A stretch of DNA of 63,690 nt, the filler included. It is 8 parts of 8 records of this genome, joined end to end, with 100 filler letters (N's around TTAATTAATTAA, not from the genome) between each part and the next. Parts side by side here need not be neighbours in the genome. Positions count along the whole stretch, not along the records: positions 48,016 to 56,602 come from DRR723986_10480; positions 56,703 to 63,690 come from DRR723986_10495; 6 more parts are not named here. One strand, given 5' to 3'. Shown piece after piece: positions 51,365-60,133 of the stretch. Numbering within the stretch: position 1 is the first letter of the stretch; each line of letters begins with the position of its first letter. A model generated the notes under the pieces. It made no database searches, had not been told where the DNA came from, and saw only the letters and a program-made list of their open reading frames with translations. Both the position numbers and the translations under genes were made by a program.

Positions 51365-51724
51365 TCAATGCCCCGGATCGCTGGGCTCTAAGGGGATGGG
51401 CTCACGCGGGCCCAGCTTTGCCTCGATCTGTTTGCGGCAGTTTTCCAAACCGCCGGGACCACAGTCCAGTTTTTCCCCGTCAATGTACGTGGAATAGGTA
51501 CGGACGAGGACTTCGCCTGTCTTAGGGTCACGGCCCGTGTCGATCTGAACCTCGTAATTTTTGCCCTGAACAAAGAGCAGCGTCTTTTCACCGGTCCACG
51601 CCATTTCATTGCCCGCAGGTTCAACGCCCAAGGATTCTGCGAACTCTTCGGTGATGGGATCACAGGCGGTCAAAAACATGAGCCCACCACAAAACACTGT
51701 GGTCGAAATAGCACCACGCATCAT
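51365..51724 (-). CDS. Hypothetical lipoprotein
   Basis: GGAGG RBS; lipobox LTAC; C-x7-C pair near the C-terminus; Pro-rich tail. Confidence 0.7.
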   Translation of the reverse strand: MMRGAISTTVFCGGLMFLTACDPITEEFAESLGVEPAGNEMAWTGEKTLLFVQGKNYEVQIDTGRDPKTGEVLVRTYSTYIDGEKLDCGPGGLENCRKQIEAKLGPREPIPLEPSDPGH

Positions 51725-51846
51725 GATTTCCTCCAAATTTTTGGATGCAATCAGTCTGTGGGGAAGATGGTATTATGTCAACAAACACAACCCGAGGGCG
51801 CTGTTTCACAGCTATAGGCTGAGCCACCGTGCCAGCGCGCTAGGGC

Positions 51847-52323
51847 TTAACCGTGGTCTTTCATCAGGCGGGATTTCTGGCGGGACCAGTCGCGTTTGGC
51901 TTCGCTGGCGCGTTTGTCGTGGTTCTGTTTGCCCTTGGCGATGCCGATTTTGATCTTGGCCATGCCCTTGTGGTTAAAATACATAACCAGCGGCACCAAG
52001 GTCATGCCTTTGCGCTGTGTTGCGTTCCACAGATCAGACATCTGTTTGCGCGACACCAACAGTTTACGGCGGCGGCGTTCCTCGTGTTTGAACACTTTGG
52101 CCTGCGCATAGGGCGCGATATAGGAATTCACCAGCCACAGTTCACCGTCGTCAACGGTGGCATAGCTTTCGGCGATGTTTGTGCCGCCCACGCGCATGGA
52201 TTTGACCTCGGACCCTTCTAGAATGATTCCGCATTCCAGATCGTCGTCGATCGCATAATCGTAACGCGCACGCCGGTTTTCGGCGATTACCTTGTAATTG
52301 GGGTCTGATTTTGTCTGAGCCAT
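51847..52323 (-). CDS. smpB: SsrA-binding protein SmpB
   Basis: [46 protein letters not shown] at 52323 (the ORF-track extension overlaps the riboswitch). Confidence 0.97.
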   Translation of the reverse strand: MAQTKSDPNYKVIAENRRARYDYAIDDDLECGIILEGSEVKSMRVGGTNIAESYATVDDGELWLVNSYIAPYAQAKVFKHEERRRRKLLVSRKQMSDLWNATQRKGMTLVPLVMYFNHKGMAKIKIGIAKGKQNHDKRASEAKRDWSRQKSRLMKDHG

Positions 52324-52436
52324 AATAGGGGCAGACTTAGGCCCCCCTGCGCCCCTGCGCAAGTCGCACCTGCGGCATTTGTATAATCCCGTGTCTTGGA
52401 TGCTTGACAGAGACGCGCGCACGGGCGACCTCTGCG

Positions 52437-52622
52437 CCACGGTTTCTGATGGGGTTCGTGCCCCAAAGGAATGAAAAAGGGAATCCGGTACGGCCTCGCA
52501 AGCCAATTCCGGAGCTGCCCCCGCAACTGTAAGCGGTGTGTCTGCCCAAATTACCACTGACCGAGGACGCCGGTTGGGAAGGTTGGGCCAGACAGGACAC
52601 CGCAAGCCAGGAGACCTGCCGT
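52437..52622 (+). ncRNA. Cobalamin riboswitch (B12 element)
   Basis: AAAAGGGAATCCGGT, TTCCGGAGCTGCCCCCGCAACTGTAAGCG, CCACTG...TGGGAAGG, B12 box AGCCAGGAGACCTGCC; upstream of a cobalt permease. Confidence 0.95.
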
Positions 52623-52708
52623 ATCAACGGGCTTTGCCCATCCTTATCCCCCCGGGTGATCCGGGGCCAAACCAATGCCGTCGGGTGTGACGGTAAGGAG
52701 TACAGACT

Positions 52709-53386
52709 ATGCATATCGAACCTGGCGTCGTGACCGGCGCAAAACTGTTGCTCAGCTATGGAACGGCTGCGGGCGCGGGCCTGATGGGCCTGAAAATGAC
52801 CGCCGACAGCATTCGCGACAGCGGTGCCGTATCCTTGATCGCGCGCAGCGTGCTGACCACCGGATTGGTGTTTACCTTTTTCGAAATCCTGCCGCATTTT
52901 CCGGTGGGGGTCTCTGAGGTGCATTTCATCCTCGCCTCGACCCTGTTTCTGCTGTTCGGGGCTGCGCCCACCGCGATCGGGCTGGTGGCGGGTCTGTTCA
53001 TTCAGAGCTTTTTCCTTGCTCCGTTTGACCTGCCGCAGTTTGGCATGAACATGACCACCCTTTTGGTGCCGCTGTTTGCGATGCAGATGCTGGCGAAAAA
53101 GATTATCGCGCCCAACACCGCCTATGTGGATTTGAAATACACGCAGGCGCTGGCGCTTTCGACGGCATATCAGGGCGGCGTTGTTGCGTGGGTCGCGTTC
53201 TGGGCGTTTTACGGTCAGGGCTTTGGTGCAGAGAACCTTGCTGCTGTGACCGGTTTTGGCGCGGCTTACATGCTGGTTATTCTGATCGAACCACTGGCGG
53301 ATCTGGCCGTGTTGGCCGGGGCAAAATCCGTGCGTGACATGACCCGTTTTGGGTTGTTCACACCGCGTCTGCACAGCGCCGAGTAA
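52709..53386 (+). CDS. cbiM: CbiM-like ECF-type cobalt transporter substrate component
   Basis: N-terminal MHIEPG metal-binding motif, SEVHFI, multiple TM helices, FGMN; under a B12 riboswitch. Confidence 0.85.
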   Translation: MHIEPGVVTGAKLLLSYGTAAGAGLMGLKMTADSIRDSGAVSLIARSVLTTGLVFTFFEILPHFPVGVSEVHFILASTLFLLFGAAPTAIGLVAGLFIQSFFLAPFDLPQFGMNMTTLLVPLFAMQMLAKKIIAPNTAYVDLKYTQALALSTAYQGGVVAWVAFWAFYGQGFGAENLAAVTGFGAAYMLVILIEPLADLAVLAGAKSVRDMTRFGLFTPRLHSAE

Positions 53387-53404
53387 AGCAATCAGCGTGC
53401 CGCG

Positions 53405-53671
53405 TTAGTTTGCGCGGCGCGCCTTTAGGGCCTGTATGATCCCGATCAGGCTGATGATGACCCAGAAGCCTTCCATCAGCACCGAGGGCAGGTTGAAATT
53501 GTGGCTGAGCGAATAGAGCAGCAACAGCGCGCCAAGCAGATTGACCACCGGAAACATCAGATCCTCGGAATTCAATATCCGGATCTGCGTTGCAAAATAG
53601 GCAAACGCGATAAACAGCGTGCCCACAGTGCCCACCAGATCTGGCCAGCTTAGCGATTGAAACATGTCCAT
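53405..53671 (-). CDS. Small three-TM membrane protein (CBU_0592-like)
   Basis: VGTVG....AY, NLLGALLLLYSL..NFNLPS..ME.FW..IS..G pattern. Confidence 0.75.
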   Translation of the reverse strand: MDMFQSLSWPDLVGTVGTLFIAFAYFATQIRILNSEDLMFPVVNLLGALLLLYSLSHNFNLPSVLMEGFWVIISLIGIIQALKARRAN

Positions 53672-53705
53672 CCCTCTTTCGCGCGTCTCATTTTCTGCGC
53701 GACAT

Positions 53706-54635
53706 CTAGCGTGGGGGTGCGCCCTTCACAACGCCAGAGGAGGCGACATCCTGCGCTAGAAAATCCGCCAGCAAATCAAACACCAAACGGATACGCCGAG
53801 CTGTGTGCAATTCGCGATGGGTGGTCAGCCAGACCGGGAAACTGACCGGTTGCAGGTCTGACACGACCTGTTCAACTGCGGGGCTGCGGCGGGCCACTTG
53901 GTCGGCCATCAGCGACAGGCCCAATCCCTGTTCCACCATCGCCCAAGCCGCCACGCCCGAGGCCGAGCCCATGCGGAAGTTTTCAGGCTGCAACGCCACG
54001 CCTTGATCGGCAAAGAATTCCAACATGCGCGGCACCTGACCAAACGATACAAAATCATGAGTTTTCAGGTCTTCGATTGAGGTCGGGCGCCCGCGCCGGT
54101 TCAAATAGCTAGGTGCGCCGTACAGCCCCGCCGTGGCCTCGGCCACCAGCCTTGCAATCAAATCCGGTTGTTCCGGGCGCACGTGGCGAATGGCGATATC
54201 GGCCTCGCGTTGCTGCAAATCCCGGACATCATCGGCAGACACCAGATCCACCACCAGCTTTGGCGCGATCTCACGCAGGCGCAACAGGACGGGCGGCAAG
54301 ACATAGGCGCAATAGACCTCGGACGCGGTGATGCGCACTGTCCCCTCGATCGCTTGTGACTGACCGCTTGCGACCAAAGACACCCGCATCGCCGCATCCC
54401 GCATGGCGCGCGCATGATCCAGCAGCTCAGCCCCTGGCTGGGTCAAGATCAAGGCCCGGCCTGTGCGTTCGAACAGGGTCACGCCCAGCTCTTCCTCTAG
54501 CGCGGTCACTTGGCGGCCCAAGGTGGGTTGCGTTTGCCCCAACACCCGCGCGGCCGCTGACAGCGACCCTTCTTCGGCCGTGGCCAGAAAGGCGCGGATA
54601 TGGGACCAGTCAAATGAGATGCTCTGCCAATTCAT
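53706..54635 (-). CDS. LysR family transcriptional regulator
   Basis: FDWSHIRAFLATAEEGSLSAAARVLGQTQPTLGRQV..LE; READIAIR; divergent from the methyltransferase. Confidence 0.94.
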   Translation of the reverse strand: MNWQSISFDWSHIRAFLATAEEGSLSAAARVLGQTQPTLGRQVTALEEELGVTLFERTGRALILTQPGAELLDHARAMRDAAMRVSLVASGQSQAIEGTVRITASEVYCAYVLPPVLLRLREIAPKLVVDLVSADDVRDLQQREADIAIRHVRPEQPDLIARLVAEATAGLYGAPSYLNRRGRPTSIEDLKTHDFVSFGQVPRMLEFFADQGVALQPENFRMGSASGVAAWAMVEQGLGLSLMADQVARRSPAVEQVVSDLQPVSFPVWLTTHRELHTARRIRLVFDLLADFLAQDVASSGVVKGAPPR

Positions 54636-54720
54636 GCATTTGTGTATAGCAACCGTGCAGATTTCAGCAATTCATCATTGATCTTTGCATAGGTAAAACC
54701 AGCGCAAAGGAGATTTCAAC

Positions 54721-55359
54721 ATGACAGAGCCGACAGCATTCTGGGACAGCATCGCGGAGAAATACGCCAAGCGTCCGATCACGGATCTGGAGGCCTATCA
54801 GTATTCTCTGGATCGGACCCGGACTTACCTCGCCCCAACCGATCACGTGCTTGAGCTGGGCTGTGGCACCGGCTCAACCGCGCTTTTACTAGCCGACAGT
54901 GTGGCCCGCTATACCGCCAGCGATCTGTCGCCCAAGATGATTGAAATCGGCCAAGCCAAGGCCAAAACCCAAGGAACAGACAATGTGGAATTCATTGCGA
55001 CGGATGTATCTGATGCGCAGCATGCGGGCACGGTTTATGATACAGTGCTGGCCCTGAACCTGCTGCATCTGCTGCAGGATCTGCCCACGCGCCTGTCGGA
55101 AATCCACGCCATGATCAAACCCGGTGGTCTGTTGATTTCGAAAACCGTCTGCCTGCCCACCAAGGGCCTGCCGCTGAAGTATCGGCTGATGAAGGGCATT
55201 CTGCCACTGGCGCAGATGTTGGGCAAAGCGCCCTATGTGAACTTTATGACCACGACCAAGTTGGAACAGATCATTACCGCAGCTGGGTTTGAGATCCTTG
55301 AAACCGGCAGCTATCCGGTGATGTTGCCGGGCCGCTATGTGGTCGCGCGCAAGATCTAG
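54721..55359 (+). CDS. Class I SAM-dependent methyltransferase
   Basis: FWD..A.KY, VLELGCGTG, DLSPKMI, YDTV..NLLHL, IKPGG; AAGGAG RBS. Confidence 0.92.
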   Translation: MTEPTAFWDSIAEKYAKRPITDLEAYQYSLDRTRTYLAPTDHVLELGCGTGSTALLLADSVARYTASDLSPKMIEIGQAKAKTQGTDNVEFIATDVSDAQHAGTVYDTVLALNLLHLLQDLPTRLSEIHAMIKPGGLLISKTVCLPTKGLPLKYRLMKGILPLAQMLGKAPYVNFMTTTKLEQIITAAGFEILETGSYPVMLPGRYVVARKI

Positions 55360-55376
55360 GGCAAACGGGTGCGGCT

Positions 55377-56138
55377 TTAACGGCGGTCAAACACCGCCAC
55401 CATCTGTTGCCTCAGGCGGTCCACATCTTGGTCCACTGTCGCGGTTAGATCGCAGATGAACGGCGGCAGCACCTGAACGCGGACGGTGCCGCTGTGCGGA
55501 GAGAACTTGCCACGTGGCAGCAACCTGTCGGAATCCAGTATCACAATCGGGCGGATGCTGCGCCCGGTGTCCCGCGCCACCAAGACCGCCCCGGCTTTGA
55601 ATTCGCCCAACGTGTCGGTGTTTGTGCGCGTCCCTTCGGGAAACAGGACCACCGACCGGCGATCCGGCATATCGCGCACCGCCTGTGTCAGTGTTTCCAG
55701 CGCCAGCTTGCCATTGCGGCGGTCCACTTTGACCAAACCCGCGCCGGTGAACCCGGTGCGCAGGAGGGCGGCATCGCACAGCTCTTTCTTGGCGGCGAAA
55801 GTGAACCATTTTTCATCCGGCACCACGTCCATCAGGGTGAACCCGTCCAGATGGCTGAGGTGATTGATCACAATCAGGCTGCCGGTGTCATCGCGCAGCG
55901 CGCGCCTGTCGGCCTCGGACATTTCGACCCGGATGCTGAGCAGCCACAACAGTCGCGAACAGGCCCGTTTGACCAATCGCCAATACCAGCCGCGAAACCC
56001 GCTGCGGCGCGCGCATAGCAGCGGAACAAAGGCGATGAACAGGAAATAGAACGGCCCAAGGACCAGCAGCACAGCGCGTTTGACCAGCTGAGCGATCTTC
56101 ATACCCCCCGCGCCCTGTGGGTTGGGTTGATCTGCCAT
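55377..56138 (-). CDS. Lysophospholipid acyltransferase (PlsC family)
   Basis: NHLSHLD, FAAKKEL, VDR, FPEGTR, FKAG motifs. Confidence 0.92.
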   Translation of the reverse strand: MADQPNPQGAGGMKIAQLVKRAVLLVLGPFYFLFIAFVPLLCARRSGFRGWYWRLVKRACSRLLWLLSIRVEMSEADRRALRDDTGSLIVINHLSHLDGFTLMDVVPDEKWFTFAAKKELCDAALLRTGFTGAGLVKVDRRNGKLALETLTQAVRDMPDRRSVVLFPEGTRTNTDTLGEFKAGAVLVARDTGRSIRPIVILDSDRLLPRGKFSPHSGTVRVQVLPPFICDLTATVDQDVDRLRQQMVAVFDRR

Positions 56139-56229
56139 GGCATATGTTGCTTTCCCCCGTCGGGATCATCAGGCGAGATAAGGCACACGGCCCGCAGGCC
56201 GCGTGTCGAGGTTGGGTCACACACGTAGC

Positions 56230-56602
56230 TTAGCCCAGCTTGGCGTGCACCTCATCCAGATCGATTTCCGCAATCGGCATTTTATTTCCGGGGTTCTCAA
56301 AATCGTATTTGAACAGCTGGAAATCACGTTTGAAGATTTCATACACCAGATGCATCGACAAATCGTCGAAATAATCCTCGACCGGGTGGGCGCGTTTGGG
56401 GCCGTGGCCTTCTGATTCGTTGAATCGGGGGATGGTTTTCAGATCGACCTTATGCGGGGTGTCGATGTTGGTCAGCACCCGCTGCATGCCCTCGTTAAAG
56501 CTTTCGGTCCAGACGATTTCGTCGTACCGGCCGCCATTGGCGATGAATGTCGACACATGACCCGAGACCGCAGACCAGTGAATGTCCGGGTCCATCGGGC
56601 GG
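56230..56602 (-). CDS. C-terminal fragment, probably a sulfotransferase family protein
   Basis: DIHW, N.SE, YFDD....V.EIF..DF.LF.Y resemble sulfotransferase_2 C-termini; 5' end lost at the contig break. Confidence 0.6.
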
Positions 56603-56702
56603 NNNNNNNNNNNNNNNNNNNNNNNNNNNNNNNNNNNNNNNNNNNNTTAATTAATTAANNNNNNNNNNNNNNNNNNNNNNNNNNNNNNNNNNNNNNNNNN
56701 NN
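56603..56702. other. Artificial contig spacer
   Basis: 44N-TTAATTAATTAA-44N. Confidence 0.99.
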
Positions 56703-58160
56703 CCAGGTCAGCCATGCTTCAGGATTGACGCCGTTCATACGGGCGGTCTCGATCAAGGTGTAGGCCACGGCCGCGGCTTTACCGCCGCCCCGTGATCCGA
56801 CGAACAGGTAGTTCTTGCGCCCAACGGCCACGGGGCGGATTTTGTTTTCACAGATGTTGTTATCGGGCTCGAGGCGCCCGTCGGTGAGATAGGCGCGCGC
56901 CTTGGGCAGACGACCCTGGGCGTAGCGGAAGGCCTCGGCGACTTTCGACTTTCCGGAGATCTTCGGGAGCTGCTCAGCCAACCACGCCTCGAGGGCTTCG
57001 AAGATCGGCTTGGCCTGCTCCTCGCGCACGGCCGCCCGTTCCTCAGCGGATTTGCCCCGGATGGTCTTCTCAATGGCATAGAGCCTGGCGATTTGCTTGA
57101 TGGCCTCCCCGGCGATGGTGGACCCCTCGCGCTCATAGACCTCGACGAACTTGCGCCTCACGTGAGCCATGCAGGCCTGCTCGCTTGCGCCATCCGGGCC
57201 GAACAGGCCATTGAACCCGGCGAACCCGTCGGCATGCACGCAGCCCTCATATCCGGTCAGATGGCTGACGGGATGCTCGCCTTTGCGATCGGCACTGAAC
57301 TGGTACCACGCGCAAGGCGGCGTCTCACCGGCCCATGGCCGCTCATCGCGGACATAGCACCACAGCCGGGCGGTTTGGGTCTTCCCGGTTTTGCCCTTGG
57401 TTTGCAGCTTGAGGGGCGTGTCGTCAGCGAAGAGCGCAGGCCCGGCGCGGACCAGTGCGCCGATACGATCGGCGAGTGGGGTCAGCAGGTTGGTGGAGCG
57501 CCCGACCCAATCGGTCAGGGTAGAACGATGGAGCTCGACCTTCTCGCGGGCGTAGATCTCGGATTGGCGATAGAGCGGCAGGTGGTCGCAATACTTGCTG
57601 ACCAGAACATGAGCCAGAAGGCCCGGCCCACCGCGCCCTCGCGTGATGGGACGCGACGGCAGGTCTGCCTGGACGAAGGCTTCGCAGCCGTTGCAGGCCA
57701 TGCGCGGACGTACGATCTGGCGCACAACGAAGTGGCCCGGCACGTAATCCAGCTCCTCGGTCACATCCTCGCCAAGCTGACGCAACTTGCCACCGCAGTC
57801 GCCACAGGTCTCGCCGGGCGACAGAACCGTCTGCTCGCGCTTGAGGTGCTTGGGTAGAGGCGCACGGTTGTGGCTACGCTTGCGCTGGTTCGTGTCTTCT
57901 TCCTCGGCTGGTTCTTCGGCGGCATCGGCCGCGGCTTGGTCCTCGGCCGCGGCTTCGATCTCGGTATCCTCTTGCAGGTTCAGCGCCAGCTGTTGCGAGG
58001 TCTCGGATTTGGAGCCAAAGCGGGCCTTGCGATGCCCGTCGAGTTCGGCCTTCAGCTTCTCGATCTGATATGCTTGAGATTGGATATGCTGGACCATCAG
58101 CTCGCTGACGGCCCGCAGCTCGACGGGGTCATCGGGCAGGGTTTTGAAGGTCTCCGACAT
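56703..58160 (-). CDS. tnpC: IS66 transposase TnpC (3' truncated)
   Basis: FGSKSE, C..CGG zinc finger, SKYCDHLPLYRQ, ADDTP, ADG, CMAHVRRKF, DNN.CE..IRPVAVGRKNYLF. Confidence 0.95.
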
Positions 58161-58236
58161 GGCCGGGAATATACCGCCATGGGCAATCGGCCGGAACCAA
58201 AAACAGCAAAAATCCCATGTTTTATTGGCTCTAAGG

Positions 58237-58584
58237 CTATCCTGACGTGAGCGGCTTCCAGGTCTTCAAAGGGGCCCGCCAGTCGATCCCTTCCAGCAGC
58301 ATCGCCAACTGAGATGGGCTCAGGCTCACCTTGCCATCTTTGGCCGCGGGCCAGACAAACCGCCCCCGCTCCAACCTCTTGGTGAACAGGCAGGCGCCTT
58401 GCGCATCCCACCAGATGATCTTCAAAAGATCGCCCCGACGACCCCGGAAGACGAACAGGTGCCCAGAGTAAGGATCCAACTCCAGCACCTTCTCGGTTTG
58501 CGCCGCCAGCGTGTTGAAGCCGCGCCGCATATCCGTCACCCCCGCCGCCAACCAGATACGCGCGTTGCTCGGTACCGGGATCAT
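58237..58584 (-). CDS. tnpB: IS66 accessory protein TnpB
   Basis: [52 protein letters not shown]. Confidence 0.96.
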   Translation of the reverse strand: MIPVPSNARIWLAAGVTDMRRGFNTLAAQTEKVLELDPYSGHLFVFRGRRGDLLKIIWWDAQGACLFTKRLERGRFVWPAAKDGKVSLSPSQLAMLLEGIDWRAPLKTWKPLTSG

Positions 58585-59003
58585 ACTGACAGCCCTTCGA
58601 CCATCGCCACAATCGCCGTGAGCGCCGTGGTCCCTTCGACCAGGATCCGCCGGCCGTCCGACAGGGCGATATCAACTCGCTGTGCCGTCAGGGAAGCTGC
58701 CGGGGCAGCCTGCAGCGGGGCAGGTGTCGGATCGGCAACGACTGTCACACCTTCAACTTCAACCGGTAGGAAAACCGCATCCTCAATGGCCGTGGTCACG
58801 TCCGGCTCGTCCGCCGGTGCAAAGTGCGGATCACGAAGCCATGTGTGGATCAGGTTGGCATTCATCGCGTAGCGCCGGGCGACCTGCGCCACCGACACAC
58901 CCGGTGCTCGTGTCTGCATACAGATCGAGCGCTTCTCTTCGTCAGACCAGAACCGTCGCTTGCTGCCCTTCTTCGTCCCCATCAGACGCCCCATAATGCC
59001 CAT
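58581..59003 (-). CDS. tnpA: IS66 accessory protein TnpA (HTH)
   Basis: [12 protein letters not shown]...[26 protein letters not shown] overlap with tnpB. Confidence 0.9.
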   Translation of the reverse strand: MGIMGRLMGTKKGSKRRFWSDEEKRSICMQTRAPGVSVAQVARRYAMNANLIHTWLRDPHFAPADEPDVTTAIEDAVFLPVEVEGVTVVADPTPAPLQAAPAASLTAQRVDIALSDGRRILVEGTTALTAIVAMVEGLSV

Positions 59004-59068
59004 TTATGATAATGGGCATTAGCAACTCGCTCCCACCCCCGGCAGAGCAGTCAGACCGGACGCTTACG

Positions 59069-59185
59069 GTGGAGAAGCGCCCCCCGAGGCTTGATCTCGA
59101 TGTCTACCCCTACTTGCCGCGGGCGAATGTCGAGACGACGCGGGCGGCCAGCTACATGGCCTTGATGTCGGAGGCGGCGGAATGA
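59069..59185 (+). pseudogene. istA: IstA transposase C-terminal remnant
   Basis: VEKRPPRLDLDVYPYLPRANVETTRAASYMALMSEAAE*; stop overlaps the istB ATG (ATGA); begins right at the IS66 end. Confidence 0.8.
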
Positions 59186-59949
59186 CCGAGGCCCCGAAGA
59201 TCCTGCTTGCCCACCATCTGAAGACGCTGAAGCTGCCCACATTCTTGCGGGAGCACGAGAAGGTTGCGCGTCAATGCGCCGCCGAAGGACTGGACCATGT
59301 CCAGTTCCTGTCGCGCCTCGTGGAACTGGAACTCATTGACCGCGAGCGGCGGATGGTCGAGCGCCGCATCAAGGCCGCGAAGTTCCCGGCCACCAAAAGC
59401 CTCGACAGCTTCGACTTCAAGGCGATCCCGAAGCTGAACAAGATGCAGGTGCTGGAACTGGGGCGTTGCGAATGGATCGACCGGCGTGAGAACGTGATCG
59501 CCCTCGGGCCCAGCGGAACCGGCAAAACCCACATTGCACTGGGCTTGGGACTGGCAGCCTGCCAGAAGGGCTTGTCTGTCAGCTTCACCACCGCTGCCGC
59601 GCTGGTCAACGAGCTGATGGAGGCGCGAGACGAACGTCGGCTGCTGCGCGTCCAGAAGCAGATGGCTGCCGTGAAGCTGCTGATCATCGACGAGCTCGGA
59701 TTCGTGCCCCTGTCCAAGACCGGCGCCGAGCTGCTTTTTGAGATGATCTCCCAGCGCTACGAGCGCGGCGCCACGCTGATCACCAGCAATCTGCCCTTCG
59801 ATGAATGGACCGAGACCTTCGGCACCGAGCGGCTGACCGGCGCGCTCCTCGACCGGTTGACCCACCACGTCAACATCCTCGAGATGAACGGCGAAAGCTA
59901 TCGCCTCGCGCAAAGCCGCGCACGCAAGCCCGGCGAAAACATCAACTGA
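59182..59949 (+). CDS. istB: IS21 helper ATPase IstB
   Basis: LKTLKLP, KSLDSFDF, GPSGTGKTH, LLIIDELG, RYERGATLITSNLPF.EW, LLDRLTHH, GESYR. Confidence 0.97.
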   Translation: MTEAPKILLAHHLKTLKLPTFLREHEKVARQCAAEGLDHVQFLSRLVELELIDRERRMVERRIKAAKFPATKSLDSFDFKAIPKLNKMQVLELGRCEWIDRRENVIALGPSGTGKTHIALGLGLAACQKGLSVSFTTAAALVNELMEARDERRLLRVQKQMAAVKLLIIDELGFVPLSKTGAELLFEMISQRYERGATLITSNLPFDEWTETFGTERLTGALLDRLTHHVNILEMNGESYRLAQSRARKPGENIN

Positions 59950-60062
59950 TCCAAAGCCCAGACTTGGACCTGACGGTCCAAGGCGGCCAGTCACCCGCCA
60001 GCTACATGGAGAGCGCGGCTGACTGGCCGCAGCTCATCACCCGCGTCCCGCGTAAACCCAAA

Positions 60063-60113
60063 GTGGCCCAGTTTTGCGCCGCCCCGTGGCCTAATTTTAC
60101 TCCGCCGTTGACA
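60063..60113 (+). repeat. IS21 right end with two IstA-binding direct repeats
   Basis: GTGGCCCAGTTTTGCGCCGCC (60063-60083) and GTGGCCTAATTTTACTCCGCC (60086-60106), then GTTGACA. Confidence 0.88.
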
Positions 60114-60133
60114 GTCGAGCAACAGAGCCCAGA

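Larger units (their letters stand above)
56703..59067 (-). mobile_element. IS66 family element (left end present, right end beyond contig break)
   Basis: tnpA-tnpB-tnpC order; the minus strand starts GTAAGCGTCC at 59067, the typical IS66 terminus. Confidence 0.93.
59068..60113 (+). mobile_element. IS21 family element, right part (istA interrupted by IS66)
   Basis: istA C-terminal remnant, intact istB, subterminal direct repeats and terminal ...TTGACA at 60113. Confidence 0.9.

Noticed and set aside
52324-53374. Extended smpB N-terminus (to 52605) and the 345-aa minus-strand ORF 52337-53374
   Set aside because: Both overlap the cobalamin riboswitch and/or cbiM on the opposite strand; SmpB homology starts at 52323.
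42938-53386. cobQ and riboswitch-cbiM as one cobalamin locus
   Set aside because: Separated by the artificial spacer at 47916-48015; linkage is unsupported.
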